The notes: generated by a model not told the origin, from the sequence alone. 64,000 bases of DNA from Octopus vulgaris (GCA_951406725.2 OX597828.1:56172001-56236000), one strand, 5' to 3'. Numbered from the stretch's first letter, positions 1 through 11,830 are shown. Numbers and translations are program-made.

Positions 1-253
1 AATGCGCAACCGGTAAAAAGAACTTTCATCTAATTAAATACACTCTCCCTTACTTAAATTATTTTGTCAGCATTTTCTTCATTTCCTTTTTTTATATATC
101 ACAACTCGTGTTCCACATCTTTTTTAAATATATATATATATATATACATATATATTTATTGATTTATTTAATTATATATTTATTCATTTGTTTTTTTTAT
201 TATATTAAATATATAACTATCAACAAGTATTAAAAAAATATTTAACACACACA

Positions 254-340
<87 letters not shown>

Positions 341-784
341 AAATATACACACACATATAAATGTTTCTGTATGTGTATCTATGTCTATAATAATGATAGG
401 CAGAGTTGAATCAACGTCATGAAGAATGGGATTACCGTGCAATTTTCATTTCTGCTCTCTGATTCTCGTTCAGCCATGCTTAGTCCTCCCCTAAGCACTT
501 TTGTATTGTCAATTTATTATTTTCCTTCGTTGTCGCTCATTCTCATTCCTTTATCATTTAAAGTTTATTAGGTCAACGCTTTTTCGTTCTGCCCAGAGCC
601 GATTTCTTCCAGGAGCTTACCACGATGTCGTTAAAGTGACCCTCAGAAACTTTAAGGGCGCGACGTACGTTATTACATGCATATATACATAAATGCTGAT
701 GAAGAACATTTATGTATATGAAATTTATACAAAATCCACAAAGACTACAATATAATACAATATAATATAATATAATATAATATA

Positions 785-822
<38 letters not shown>

Positions 823-825
823 GAG

Positions 826-865
<40 letters not shown>

Positions 866-925
866 ATATTTATATAACTATAGATATGAAGAAATTCAAA
901 CAGTTATTGATTGTTATTTGCTTCA

Positions 926-1541
926 CCCTTCGTCTACCAGAGAAAATATGTCACTAATTACCAACTGGGTCCAATGGACTCAATATTTTTCTTTTAATTA
1001 AATTTTATTCAAACTGACACTATTTCTTAGCTACATAATATAGGCTATCAGGCGAATGAAGAATGAAGAATTACTGTTTCTCACAAATTTTGATAAAAAA
1101 ATATAAATAATGTATTATAAATTTAAAAAATTACAAAAATACAGAATTACAGCTCTCCATGGCAGTCAATGCTGACAACTTTGGAATGTCCTTGGCACGA
1201 CTTGAATATTCCATTTCTTACATGTATTATGAGTTTTTCTGCCTGTTTTAGGGGCGGGAGAGGCTCACACAAAGAACATCTTCCTTTTTCTTTGGCACTT
1301 GTATAACAATCATGTTATAGAATATAATCACAGGCCATCTTCGAGTCATGAAATTTTCTATCTTGTATGTTACACAGAAAATTTCTCATTTGACAAATGA
1401 AAGAGTATCAAGAAAAAATAAGAGTCACGGGAAATCAACAGAACGAAATAATATAAACAGTAGGGAAAATCAAGTGAAAAAGCTGAAATGGGTCCACTGG
1501 ACTCATTACTAGACAGTAATTATATCACAGTTTGACACGGC
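926..1541 (-). mobile_element. Decayed, internally deleted piggyBac-like DNA transposon
   Basis: Left end TTCA|CCCTT resembles TTAA|CCC, and the right end reads ...GACACGG|CTAA. The quasi-palindromic subterminal motif TGGGTCCA(A/C)TGGACTCA occurs near both ends (966-982, 1489-1505). The minus strand at ~1145-1300 reads, with frameshifts, KGRCSLCEP..RKTHNTCKKW..CQGH..VSIDC, matching the piggyBac C-terminal cysteine-rich domain pattern. Confidence 0.6.
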
Positions 1542-1915
1542 TAAGCTTTATATATATACATATATATATAATCAAAATAAGCAACAAGGATATCCAGAGG
1601 TAATGCAGTATATTATGCACCTCTTTCTATATCGAATTAGATGTAACTTCCAGTAAGGTGATAGCTATTACAACAATCACACTTAGCAATGGAGATTGCT
1701 AATTATTCGATTATAATTTAAAGGGTGTGAGAGCGGAGAATGTACACTCATACAACATGCATTTGGAAGCCAATCTAATCTTCTATTACGCAGCTCAAAG
1801 GTGCAAAACATGTGTAAAAATATACAACTTAGCTTTTCCAATCTCAAGGAAAGCTAATCTAAGCTATGTGTGTGTGTTATATTTGAGCTACATAAAACAT
1901 GCGTTTTATATATAC

Positions 1916-1988
<73 letters not shown>

Positions 1989-2266
1989 GAGAGAGAGTGA
2001 ATGAGTGTGTGTGTGTGTGTATGTGTAAGTGTGTATTAGCTATATCAATCGTGTTCTCTTTACTTGAAAACGATTAATTTAATACCTCATGAAATTTCTA
2101 CATTCTAGAAAACTAAAAACATAATTCTTGCAGGTAAGAAAGAAAAATACAACCCATCTCGTGTGGGTTAATGATATGTATAAGCATGAAAAGGTACACA
2201 CGAGTTGATATATATGGAAAAAAAGTCAAGATAGAAAATGCTAAAATAATTTTATAAAAAACATTT

Positions 2267-2302
2267 CAGTACCGGTTTCAGTCATTGAGACTGTTTCAAC
2301 TG
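2267..2302 (-). ncRNA. Minimal type-I hammerhead-like motif (degenerate)
   Basis: Minus strand: CAG-UUGAAAC-AGUC(UCAAU)GACU-GAAAC(CG)GUA-CUG. Palindromic stem III ACCGGU, U3/A8 core variant, A9 substituted by C. Confidence 0.55.
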
Positions 2303-2556
2303 TAACAATTAAATACTAGTTAGAAAAATTAAAAGAAAATTTTTTTAAAAGAATATTTGTATAGTGTTCAAATACGAGTGGCATTTTCCTTGTTTCTGCC
2401 TGTCTCTGTCTCTCTTGTTTACTCTTGTGGGTTCCATGATAGTAGTATTTTGAATGGTCAGTGGATGGTAGCAGTCCCTGTTCAATTCATGAAAAATATT
2501 TCTTTAGAATGGTTTGTTTATAGAATTTGCGTAGGTGTTATTCTAAAAAGCATTAG

Positions 2557-2928
2557 TTGAGAAGGGGAAGAAGAAGAATTTGGGAGTGCCATGATAGTAG
2601 TGTATCGGAGAACCTGATATACACACTAACCTGCTCTGCGTGTCAAGAGCAACACATAGGCCAAACAAAAAATAGTCTACGTAAAAGAATGGTCCTGCAC
2701 AGATCTCAGATAAAAATCCCCCAAAACAGAAAAATAGCATTCAGCCAACACACAGAGACTTGCGCCAACAACAAAAATCCAAGCTTCAGAATTTGTCCCC
2801 TGTACCAATTCACGTACGATACAACCTGGAACCAACGAATTAGTAAAGAAACTATCTTTATTACAAAATACAGGCCCCTTTTGAAAGCGTCTACTACAAA
2901 CGCCATATCCACCTTGGCCTTAGAATAA
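2557..2928 (+). pseudogene. Penelope-type GIY-YIG endonuclease domain (C-terminal fragment)
   Basis: NLIYTLTCSACQEQHIGQT..LRKRMVLHRSQI...FSQH....C...KETIFITKYRPLL fits the PLE GIY-YIG pattern (IY..CxxC..YIGQT..R..H...H...E..FI). The first ~15 codons come from the inverted flank. Confidence 0.8.
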
Positions 2929-3056
2929 CACAAATACACACGCAAATATAAAAAATGATACACTCAAGAGCCAATCACTGCGATAGTCCATTAGGTGCCT
3001 ATTTTAAGTCATTTAACAGCTTACTACTTTCTACATTCATTCTTATTCTCCCGTTT

Positions 3057-3089
3057 CTTTCTTCTTCATCTTCTTCTTCTTCTTCTTCT

Positions 3090-3136
<47 letters not shown>

Positions 3137-3180
3137 TTCACCTTCCTCTTTTTCTTCTTCTTCATCTTCTTCTTCTTCCT
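3057..3180. repeat. (TCT)n microsatellite
   Basis: Direct reading; source of the poly-S/L/E ORFs. Confidence 0.95.
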
Positions 3181-3696
3181 CTCCTCCCTTCATCTTCGTC
3201 AACTTATTCTTTCCCTCGCGTTCTTTATCCCCTTAAGGCTCTCCTTATTATCATTAATACTTTATGACCTCACTAGAATTTAGCAACAAGCTGTAGGCAT
3301 CTTCGATTAATATCATTATGAACGTCCCCACCATCGACAAAAACTATATCGTATCATCATTATCTATATTTTTTAGCGAATTCTCCAACTCACATCATTA
3401 CTTTACAATGATAATCACTACATTCATCTCCTCCATTCTCCTCCTCCTCCTCTTCTATGACATTCTCATAATAAATATCTGAATAATTAATGGAATAACA
3501 AACATTGCTGTCAACCGCTTCCTCCTATCGCTCGTCAACATCATCATCAACATCGTCGTCGTCACCATCATCGTCAACAACACCAACAAAACCACCACCA
3601 CCAAAACTACCGACACAACGACGACGACGACCACCATCATCATAATTTTCTTCGTCCTTCTGCTTACAATCTATTTACTGCATCTTCTTTATCATT

Positions 3697-3730
<34 letters not shown>

Positions 3731-4242
3731 CTTTGTTAATATACATGATGACAGGAGTCACGATAACAGTAGTGCTGGAGATGGTAGTTATTACTATGAT
3801 GCTGATGATAATGATGATGTTAATGACGACGATGACGACGACAAGGATGATGATGTTGATGATGCTGATGATTATGATTATATTGATGAAATTCTGACAA
3901 TGGAATTCATTTTCCGCTCATTTACAAATAATTAGAAGAAGCGTATAATCAACCAAGTGGGTCAGAGGCTGATTATACAATTTCATCGACCGAGAACACA
4001 CGAAATTAATTTAAAGATAGCTTCGGTGTAATTTGCTATCAAAGTTTAAATCGATTAAGAATACAGATTACTAGTAACAATAATAGTAAACGCAATACCC
4101 ACGTGACTATTAGCCACAAGTTTTCAAAATTGTAAAAAAAAAAATCAATGCGTGTCACAAAATCACAAAACGAGTTACGAGATATGTTTCAATGTATATA
4201 TATATATATATATGTATGCATGTATGTATGTATTTATGTATG

Positions 4243-4304
<62 letters not shown>

Positions 4305-4402
4305 TATGTATGTATGTATATATATATATCGATAAAAACGGTAAGACAACAAAAGAATGAAATGTACCTCGATATTATGCGAATGATGTAATTTATCTGT
4401 AA

Positions 4403-4601
4403 ATATAATATATGGCAATTATTCGGTAGCCATGATAAAACTCCGAGATTCGGATTCCGAGGTGGAAATCCACGCCTCCATCTCTTCAGTTATCCAGCCG
4501 AAAAGTTTCCCGATGGCCGGATAATTGAAGAGATGGCGGCGGGATTTCCACCTCGGCATCCGAAACTCGGAGTTTTATCATGGCTACCGAATAATAGTCA
4601 C

Positions 4602-4610
<9 letters not shown>
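4403..4610. mobile_element. Fold-back element (~96-bp arms, ~15-nt loop) with a hammerhead motif in each arm, abutting (TA)n
   Basis: 4403-4499 is the reverse complement of 4515-4610 with scattered mismatches. Plus arm: GAUAA-UUGAAGA-GAUG..CAUC-C-GAAACUC(G)GAGUU-UUAUC. The minus arm has CUGAAGA but GAAU. Confidence 0.8.
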
Positions 4611-4640
<30 letters not shown>

Positions 4641-4677
4641 TTATATTTATGTATATATATATATATATGCTTATATT

Positions 4678-4766
<89 letters not shown>

Positions 4767-4895
4767 GTGTAGGCAGAGGGAAGAATCAGCGTACTCTAAC
4801 TTTACTTCATCCGAGGTCTATTGTAAATCCTTTAAACATCTCAAGTGATCGTAATTTTAATTTAATTTATTATATCTAATGTAATTTTCTGTATA

Positions 4896-5578
4896 TGGTG
4901 GATCCTAAGAACATTCAGAACCAGAGATAAGGAAACCATGATGGTCCTCTGGCGGACATTCATCTTCAGCCACCTGGATTACTGCTCACAGCTATGGACA
5001 CCCACCATTGTAAAAATAACAGCGGACCTTGAAGCAATCCAGAGACGATTCACAAAAAAGATCGTCTCTTTGCAACAGCTCAGCTACTGGGATAGGTTGA
5101 AACAGCTAAGACTCTACTCCCTGGAAAGAAGACGGGAGAGATATGCAGTAATATATGTCTGGAAGATCCTGGAAGAAATTGTGCCAAATCTTGGCATTGT
5201 AAGCTACACCAATGCTAGAACGGGACGACGCTTCATAGTGCCAAAGATCCCAGCGATGCCATCACGCTTCAGGACCAGCTTCTGCAACAGCCTGGGTTTG
5301 AAGGGCCCACAGCTTTTTAATATTCTCCCAAAGAGTCTGAGGAAATTGCACAAAGTAGATGTAGCGGTTTTTAAATCAAAGCTGGACATCTTCCTGTCGA
5401 GAGTCCCAGATGAACCTACCTCACGGCAAGAGGTGCAAATGAGAGTAGCTATATCAAACTCCATTCTTCACCAATTGCCACATATTAGACGAGGTTCTTC
5501 GTAATAACAGTGTAGCACAAAACGGCGGTGCATCAGCATGGCCGCAGCTATGAGCTGAAACTAGAGAGAGAAAAAAAA
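4896..5578 (+). mobile_element. 5'-truncated CR1-group LINE (ORF2 C-terminus, 3' UTR, A-rich tail)
   Basis: ORF 4938-5504 has HLDYCSQLWTP, LEAIQRRFTK, SYWDRLKQLRLYSLERRRER, FNILP and FKSKLD, typical of the post-RT CR1/L2-group region. A short 3' UTR ends in GAGAGAAAAAAAA. Confidence 0.9.
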
Positions 5579-5715
5579 TGTATTGTGTTCGCCCAACCTT
5601 GAGAATATAATAAAAAATATCTATGTATATATTTGATTGTATTCTCTCTTTCATTGAACTTAGATATTTGCTCAATATATTGAGCCCTTCCGTGTTATTT
5701 CGTGGGCTTACACGC

Positions 5716-5797
<82 letters not shown>

Positions 5798-5800
<3 letters not shown>

Positions 5801-8561
5801 TAGTTTTATTTTTATAGCGTGCTTTCACTTCACTACCGAGCGCAGCTCTGTGTGCCTTGGGTATGTGCTGTGATTTGTTGTGATGCTCTGATGGTTATTG
5901 TATGGAAAGTGTTCTGCGTAGGATGTGTGCAGTGCCTAGTAGTGCAATTTTCTGTATGTTATATGTGTTTGTAAGTCCTGGTGTTTTTGTTATGTATTTG
6001 TCTGAATATTTTTTTATCATGCCTAATGCACCTACTATGATAGGAATTGTTTCTGTTTTCAGGTTCCACATTCTAGTTACCTCTATTTCTAGGTCTTTGC
6101 ATTTTGAGAGTTTCTCCATTTCTTTTAGAGAAACGTTGTCATCTGCCGGTATTGATACATCAATTAGAAAGCACTTTTTTTCTTCATGATCTCTGACAAC
6201 TATATCTGGTCTGTTGGCCTTAATTTCTCTATCTGTGTGTATCGGCATATCCCAGAGTATGGTTGCTTTCTCGTTTTCTGTGACCTTTTCTGGTGTGTGC
6301 CTATACCATCTTTTTTCTGTTGTTATTCCATAATGTTGGCATAGCTTCCAATGTATGTAGGTTCCAACTCTGTCATGTCTGTGAATATATTCCTTCTTAG
6401 CCAGGACTGGGCAGCTAGAGATAATATGATTTATTGTTTCTTGTCCATCTCCACATATTCTGCAGTTACTTGTAATATTTCTTTTCATTACATGTTTTTG
6501 GTAATTTCTGGTGGGGAGGCTTTGGTCTTGTGCTGCAATTAAAAATCCCTCTGTTTCTGCTTTGAGTCCTGAGCTTCTCAACCATTGCTGGGATTTTTCT
6601 TTGTCTATTTCTTTTGCGTTTAGTTTAGTGCAATATTTACCATGAAGGGGCTTTTCTTGCCATCGTTTTATCATGGCTCGTTGCTGTTCTATTTTTAGTT
6701 TGGATTTCATTTGTTTTATAGCTTTTGTTGTTTCTTCATCATCTTCTTCTTCTTTGTGTTTATTAGGTGGTATGATTTCTTGTTTGTATTTGCCAGCTTC
6801 CTTAAATACTGAGAACAGTTTTTTGTTTTGCTCGTGTTTTGCTGCTATCTGGATCAGTTTTCCTTCCTTCTGAAGTAGGTATTTTTGCAGTCCTATGGTG
6901 GTTATTTTATAGTAGTTTTCCAGCTGTATAAGGCCTCTACCACCTTCTATACGTTGTATATATAGTCTTTCTATGTCAGATTTTGGGTGATGCATCCTAG
7001 ATCCTGTCAGTATTTTTCTTGTTTTCCTATCTATTTTGGACAGTTCATTTCGTGTCCAGTTAAGGATATTGTAGCTGTAACTTATAACTGGGACAGCTAA
7101 AGTGTTTATACCTATTATCTTGTTTTTAGCATTGAGCTCTGTTTTTAGTATTGATCTAACTCGTCTATAATATTCTTTTTTTATTTTCTCTTTCATTTGT
7201 GTGTGTTGTGTCTTATCTAGTTCATGGATTCCTAAGTATTTGTAAGTTTGGCCTTGGTCTAATTCTTTTATTTCATTGGTTTTATCTAGTGTGATGTTGT
7301 TACTCTTAACTAGTTTTCCTCTTTTCATGGTTACTTTGGCGCATTTTTTAAATCCAAATTTCATATCTATTTCTTTGGTAAATCCATGAACTGTCTTTAA
7401 TAGTGTTTCCAGCTGTTTGTCATTTGCAGCGTATAGTTTTAGGTCATCCATATATAAAAGGTAGCTGATCGTTTTGCCGTAACATTTATATCCGTATCCA
7501 GTTCTATTTAGCATATCAGATAGAGGTGACAGTGCCAAGCAGAAAAGGAGTGGAGAGAGCGTGTCTCCCTGGAATATTCCTCTTCTAATGGGGAGGTCTT
7601 TGGTTTTCATGAGTCCCTCTTTTGTTTGGAGGTGTACGACTGTTTGCCATTTATTCATAGAGTGCTCTATGAATTTTATGATTGTTGGTGCTACTTTGTT
7701 AATGGCTAGTGTTTCGAGGATCCATGTGTGGGGGATACTATCAAACGCCTTTTTGTAGTCAATCCAGGCCATACTGAGGCCTTTCTTCTTTCTGTGGCTG
7801 TCTTCAGTTACGGCTTTATTAATCATTAGTTGATTTTTACAGCCATATGAGCCCTTGCGGCATCCTTTCCGCTCTTCTGGGAACAGTTTGTTTTCGTTCA
7901 GGTGCTTGTTCAGCCTTTGCGATATCACTGCAGTAAATGCCTTGAACATAGTAGGGAGGCAGGTTATTGGTCTGTAGTTTTCTGGTTTTGTTGTTTCATT
8001 TGAATTGGGAATTAAGATGGTTTGCCCCTTCGTGAGCCATTCAGGCATTGTCTCTGGCTCTGCTAGTATGCTGTTAAAGTTTTCAGCCAGCTTTTTGTGC
8101 ATTCCTGTTAGATATTTCAACCAGAAGTTGGGGATCTTGTCATGCCCAGGTGCCTTAAAGTTGCTTAGTTTTTGCAGTGCCTGGGTGACCTCTTCAGTTG
8201 TTATGGGGGTCCAAAGTTGTTCAAATGCCGAGTTTGTTATTTTCATACTCCTTTTTTTGGCTGTTCGTTCGCCGACCATATTTCTCTCCAGAATTCTTCC
8301 AATTCTTCTGCCGTTGGTGCTGCAGTGACTTCTATTTTATTTTTGCCCAGTTCTTGGTAGAACTTTTTGGGGTCGGAGTTGAACTTTTTGTTCTGTTCAA
8401 AGAAGCGTTGGCGTTTCTCGTACCGGCGGATCCTTTGAGCTTTGGCAAGGATATCTTGCTTCAGCTTTTCTTTTATCTCCGGCAAATCTTTTTCTGTGAT
8501 GTTATATTTGCGGAGCATTTTTGTTCTCTTTTTGTTGCTCAGTAGCGTTGCTTGTTTGCTG
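5798..8561 (-). mobile_element. 5'-truncated R4/Dong-clade non-LTR retrotransposon inserted in (TAA)n
   Basis: RT plus CCHC plus restriction-like endonuclease ORF, ~97-nt 3' UTR. Flanked on both sides by (TAA)n on the element strand (5718-5797 and 8562-8650). Confidence 0.95.
5895..8279 (-). CDS. R4/Dong-type reverse transcriptase with CCHC finger and restriction-like endonuclease (5'-truncated; frameshift near 8250 joins upstream coding to 8561)
   Basis: KAPGHD, YRPITCL, WIDYKKAFDSIPH, RRGIFQGDTLSPLLF, LLYMDDLKLYA, YKYLG, GGRGL, CRICGDGQETINHIISSC, RHD, RPDIVV..IDV..K. The upstream frame 8243-8561 (QRIRRYEKR..QNKKF..DPKKFY..FWREIW) is the expected pre-RT region. Confidence 0.93.
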   Translation of the reverse strand: MVGERTAKKRSMKITNSAFEQLWTPITTEEVTQALQKLSNFKAPGHDKIPNFWLKYLTGMHKKLAENFNSILAEPETMPEWLTKGQTILIPNSNETTKPENYRPITCLPTMFKAFTAVISQRLNKHLNENKLFPEERKGCRKGSYGCKNQLMINKAVTEDSHRKKKGLSMAWIDYKKAFDSIPHTWILETLAINKVAPTIIKFIEHSMNKWQTVVHLQTKEGLMKTKDLPIRRGIFQGDTLSPLLFCLALSPLSDMLNRTGYGYKCYGKTISYLLYMDDLKLYAANDKQLETLLKTVHGFTKEIDMKFGFKKCAKVTMKRGKLVKSNNITLDKTNEIKELDQGQTYKYLGIHELDKTQHTQMKEKIKKEYYRRVRSILKTELNAKNKIIGINTLAVPVISYSYNILNWTRNELSKIDRKTRKILTGSRMHHPKSDIERLYIQRIEGGRGLIQLENYYKITTIGLQKYLLQKEGKLIQIAAKHEQNKKLFSVFKEAGKYKQEIIPPNKHKEEEDDEETTKAIKQMKSKLKIEQQRAMIKRWQEKPLHGKYCTKLNAKEIDKEKSQQWLRSSGLKAETEGFLIAAQDQSLPTRNYQKHVMKRNITSNCRICGDGQETINHIISSCPVLAKKEYIHRHDRVGTYIHWKLCQHYGITTEKRWYRHTPEKVTENEKATILWDMPIHTDREIKANRPDIVVRDHEEKKCFLIDVSIPADDNVSLKEMEKLSKCKDLEIEVTRMWNLKTETIPIIVGALGMIKKYSDKYITKTPGLTNTYNIQKIALLGTAHILRRTLSIQ

Positions 8562-8701
<140 letters not shown>

Positions 8702-8854
8702 TATACATATGTAAATTGTGAGTGTCACACACTTGCTGCAGGTTGCATTAGGTTTAATAAATTTAGAATTCATGGCGTATATCTGTTCCTCTGTCTTTTC
8801 CTCTATTTATGTATCGTTTAATGTATGTATGTATGTATGTATGTATCTATGTAT

Positions 8855-9438
8855 GTCAGGTCACTTTCGAGTGCTACTGGTAACATGTAACCCAGTACAA
8901 CCTGTTGCATGGTCGGGTCGTCGGCTACTAAACCGGCAACACCACCAAGCTTGGTTGGTGAGGAGGGTGTTACTTGGACACCCTGCGGGATGAAAAACAA
9001 AACCCGTCAAAGGGCGGGGGAACTCTTGAGAGTCAACGGCCATCCAATAAATGTCTTAAAGCTGTATCATGCGCGGGAACACAGAATTAATCGGACTGAA
9101 TACCCGATTGCGCGGTTAAACCATTGGGAGTGAAGGACTCCTAGCCTTTGTTAGAGTAGCCTTCTAGAAGAAGGTAACTCAGGTAACTGGGATAACTTCG
9201 ACATAAAACCTGCGGCTCAGTGGTTACCGATGATGTTGACTTGTTCTTCTTTTCGGATTATGGCTGCTGTTGCTTAGTGAGTGGGATTGACTCAGTGCAC
9301 AGCCTTTCCTTACTTAAAAAAAAAAATCTTCTTGCACAGGCATTGCACGATAACAACATCGATTAAGCTTTGTGCAATGGTCATACTCGATAACGAGGGG
9401 GCAGCCACCATTTATGTATGTATGTATGTATGTATGTA
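8855..9438 (+). mobile_element. Non-autonomous retroposon with an RTE-like 5' UTR and (TATG)n tail, inside a (TATG)n tract
   Basis: GC-richer ~560-bp island between (TATG)n runs, with no meaningful ORF. GTAGCCTTCTAGAAGAAGGTAACTC and GGTGAGGAGGGT resemble RTE-clade 5' UTR motifs as I recall them. A 3' hairpin CATTGCAC...GTGCAATG precedes the tail. Confidence 0.5.
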
Positions 9439-10744
9439 TCTATCTATCTATCTATCTATCTATATATCTATCTATCTATCTATCTATCTAGTCTCATGTA
9501 TGAATTATTCTGGTAATTTGAAATCACATGTAAGGAAAAAGACGTGCTTATTCTATTCTCTGGGAAGAAGAGGGAAATTGATACATATTGTTATTGCAAT
9601 ACACGCCATCTGCATGACAATTAATCTAACCAATCTCCAGTAGCCAAGGAACGTAGACATATACCAAAAGTGTAGAACACATATCCGAACTCATTTGCAT
9701 GAATTAAACAAAATTGAGCAAAGGGAAATAATTAAAATTTGTCAGTGTTAAGTTTATGAACATTATAGATAAATACGGGCATCCATGCATAATGACATAC
9801 CATATTGTTATATAACAGATATTTGAGGATGGGGAATATTCATATAATTACTGTGCTGCTAAATTATGTAACTTTTGCGCTGGTTGCACTGATTGGCATT
9901 TTGAAAAATGAAAGCAGTCGTTAACTTCTTAGATGTTGTGTCCTCGAAATATGAATGAGAAAACCAATGAATTGACTCTTGATAAGGATTCTAGTCAAGA
10001 TAACATCTACACTCTAGTCTTGCAATTTAGTGGTGATCGTGCGACATAATCTGCCTCTGCTTATTAGAATAAGCTTTAGAAGTTATACTATTTTCAAACA
10101 TGGGAATAATGTGATTCTGCTGCATACAAGTTTGAAGTTTATGATGCTTTATTGGTCTGAAATATTTGTGACGTTTTACGTTCTCTCAAGGCTAGGATCA
10201 TAAATCACCAGTGAACTTACCATAGCACATAAAATGTTGATCATCTTTATTTAACAGTAGATTACGTAACATGCAATATATGTCAGATGCGATTGTCTAT
10301 TGGTATTTTGAACAGATATTGAACTGTAGGTAGGTGTGTATTAATCCTGGAGCATTATATCTGCCAAAAGTAAAGTAAGACAAAAGTGAAGTTAAACCTT
10401 CAATGATGCTCAACTCGATTTTTGTATTCTAAGATTAGATGATGTTTCTCGATCATAAGTGGCCATAGAAATTTTCGCATTGAATACCAAAGAAAAAAAT
10501 TTGATTAAGAAATTAATGACAATCAAATAATTGCTGAAGCAAGTGATCAGTTAATTAGTTAAGTAGTAAATTAGTTGTGCAAAATTCTTAACAAAAGGAA
10601 AATATAGACAGCGTGTGATTTTTCGTTGGCAAAGTGACCCATCATTTCAAATCAAGATGGCTGCGAAACTAACAGAGAACATACACATTATGATTGTGTA
10701 TGTATATATAAATGCCTACATAAATCCCTACATCCATACGCATG

Positions 10745-10839
<95 letters not shown>

Positions 10840-10892
10840 GCATATAAATACATACGTATATGTATATATACGTATATATATATATATATATA

Positions 10893-10958
<66 letters not shown>

Positions 10959-11608
10959 GTATTCGCTTTCTCTAGTATAATATTCATTACTTATGCAAAT
11001 ACTATTTTCTGTATATGCAGTGCTCAAATACACCGACTCGAAATTAAATCTAAAGATGAATGTATACCCAATCTTGTGACAGAAAATGTAAAAATAGAGA
11101 GAAAAAGAATTAAAATAGCGTAACTAATGATTATCATTTCAGGTTTAACGTATGTGGCCAACGACACAAAGCTCACCAGTAATCTTATAAAGGAAGCATT
11201 GTAAATAAGAACAGCAAAACCAACAGAAGCAAAAATGATATATAAAATCAATAAAAAAAAATGTATAATTTATTTTCAGTGGAAGCAGAAAGTTATATCT
11301 GTCATATTTTTATTATGATGTATTATTTAGTTCTAATATTGAATATTTGAAGTATAATCTGAGTAAAATTCAATCATGGAAGGGAATGAGACGTGGCATA
11401 TTAAATGAAAATGCACGTGTTTCAACAGTAAACGAATATAGGATTAAGAAGAAAAAAAAGAACAGAAACGCAAACTTCTAGAATACACGCATACGCTGAC
11501 ATAGTCGCTTAAACTCACTCCTACACATACACACACAGACAAACACACGCATATATATATGCACACATACAAGCATAATTATGCATTATATATACATATA
11601 TCTATCTA

Positions 11609-11680
<72 letters not shown>

Positions 11681-11830
11681 TATAAACACATGCCAATTCA
11701 GACACATAGAGTCCTACATGTATAAAACATGTGCATACTTGCATTAATAGATTCATACATGCATCACACAAATCTCTGAATATAGAAATGTTACTGCTCA
11801 TTTACCTGCAAACACATACACACGCACACT

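Larger units (their letters stand above)
2210..2950 (+). mobile_element. Penelope-like element (PLE) 3' fragment with an upstream inverted pseudo-LTR
   Basis: GIY-YIG coding remnant at ~2600-2928 (+). The segment 2210-2560 is inverted: its minus strand contains TAGAATAACAC..ACGCAAAT, also seen just after the ORF at 2921-2947, and a hammerhead-like motif at 2267-2302. An inverted pLTR upstream is characteristic of PLEs. Confidence 0.7.

Noticed and set aside
1570-1910. TA-flanked segment with short inverted matches (TGCACCT/AGGTGCA, ATTAGAT..CTTCCA/TGGAAG..ATCTAAT) and a small hairpin
   Set aside because: Too degenerate to call a fold-back element; no hammerhead core found.
11128-11185. Minus-strand GAUUA-CUGGUGA...GAAAUGA-UAAUC hammerhead-like string
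   Set aside because: A6 is mutated, stem II is poor and there is no NUH/stem III; at best a relic.
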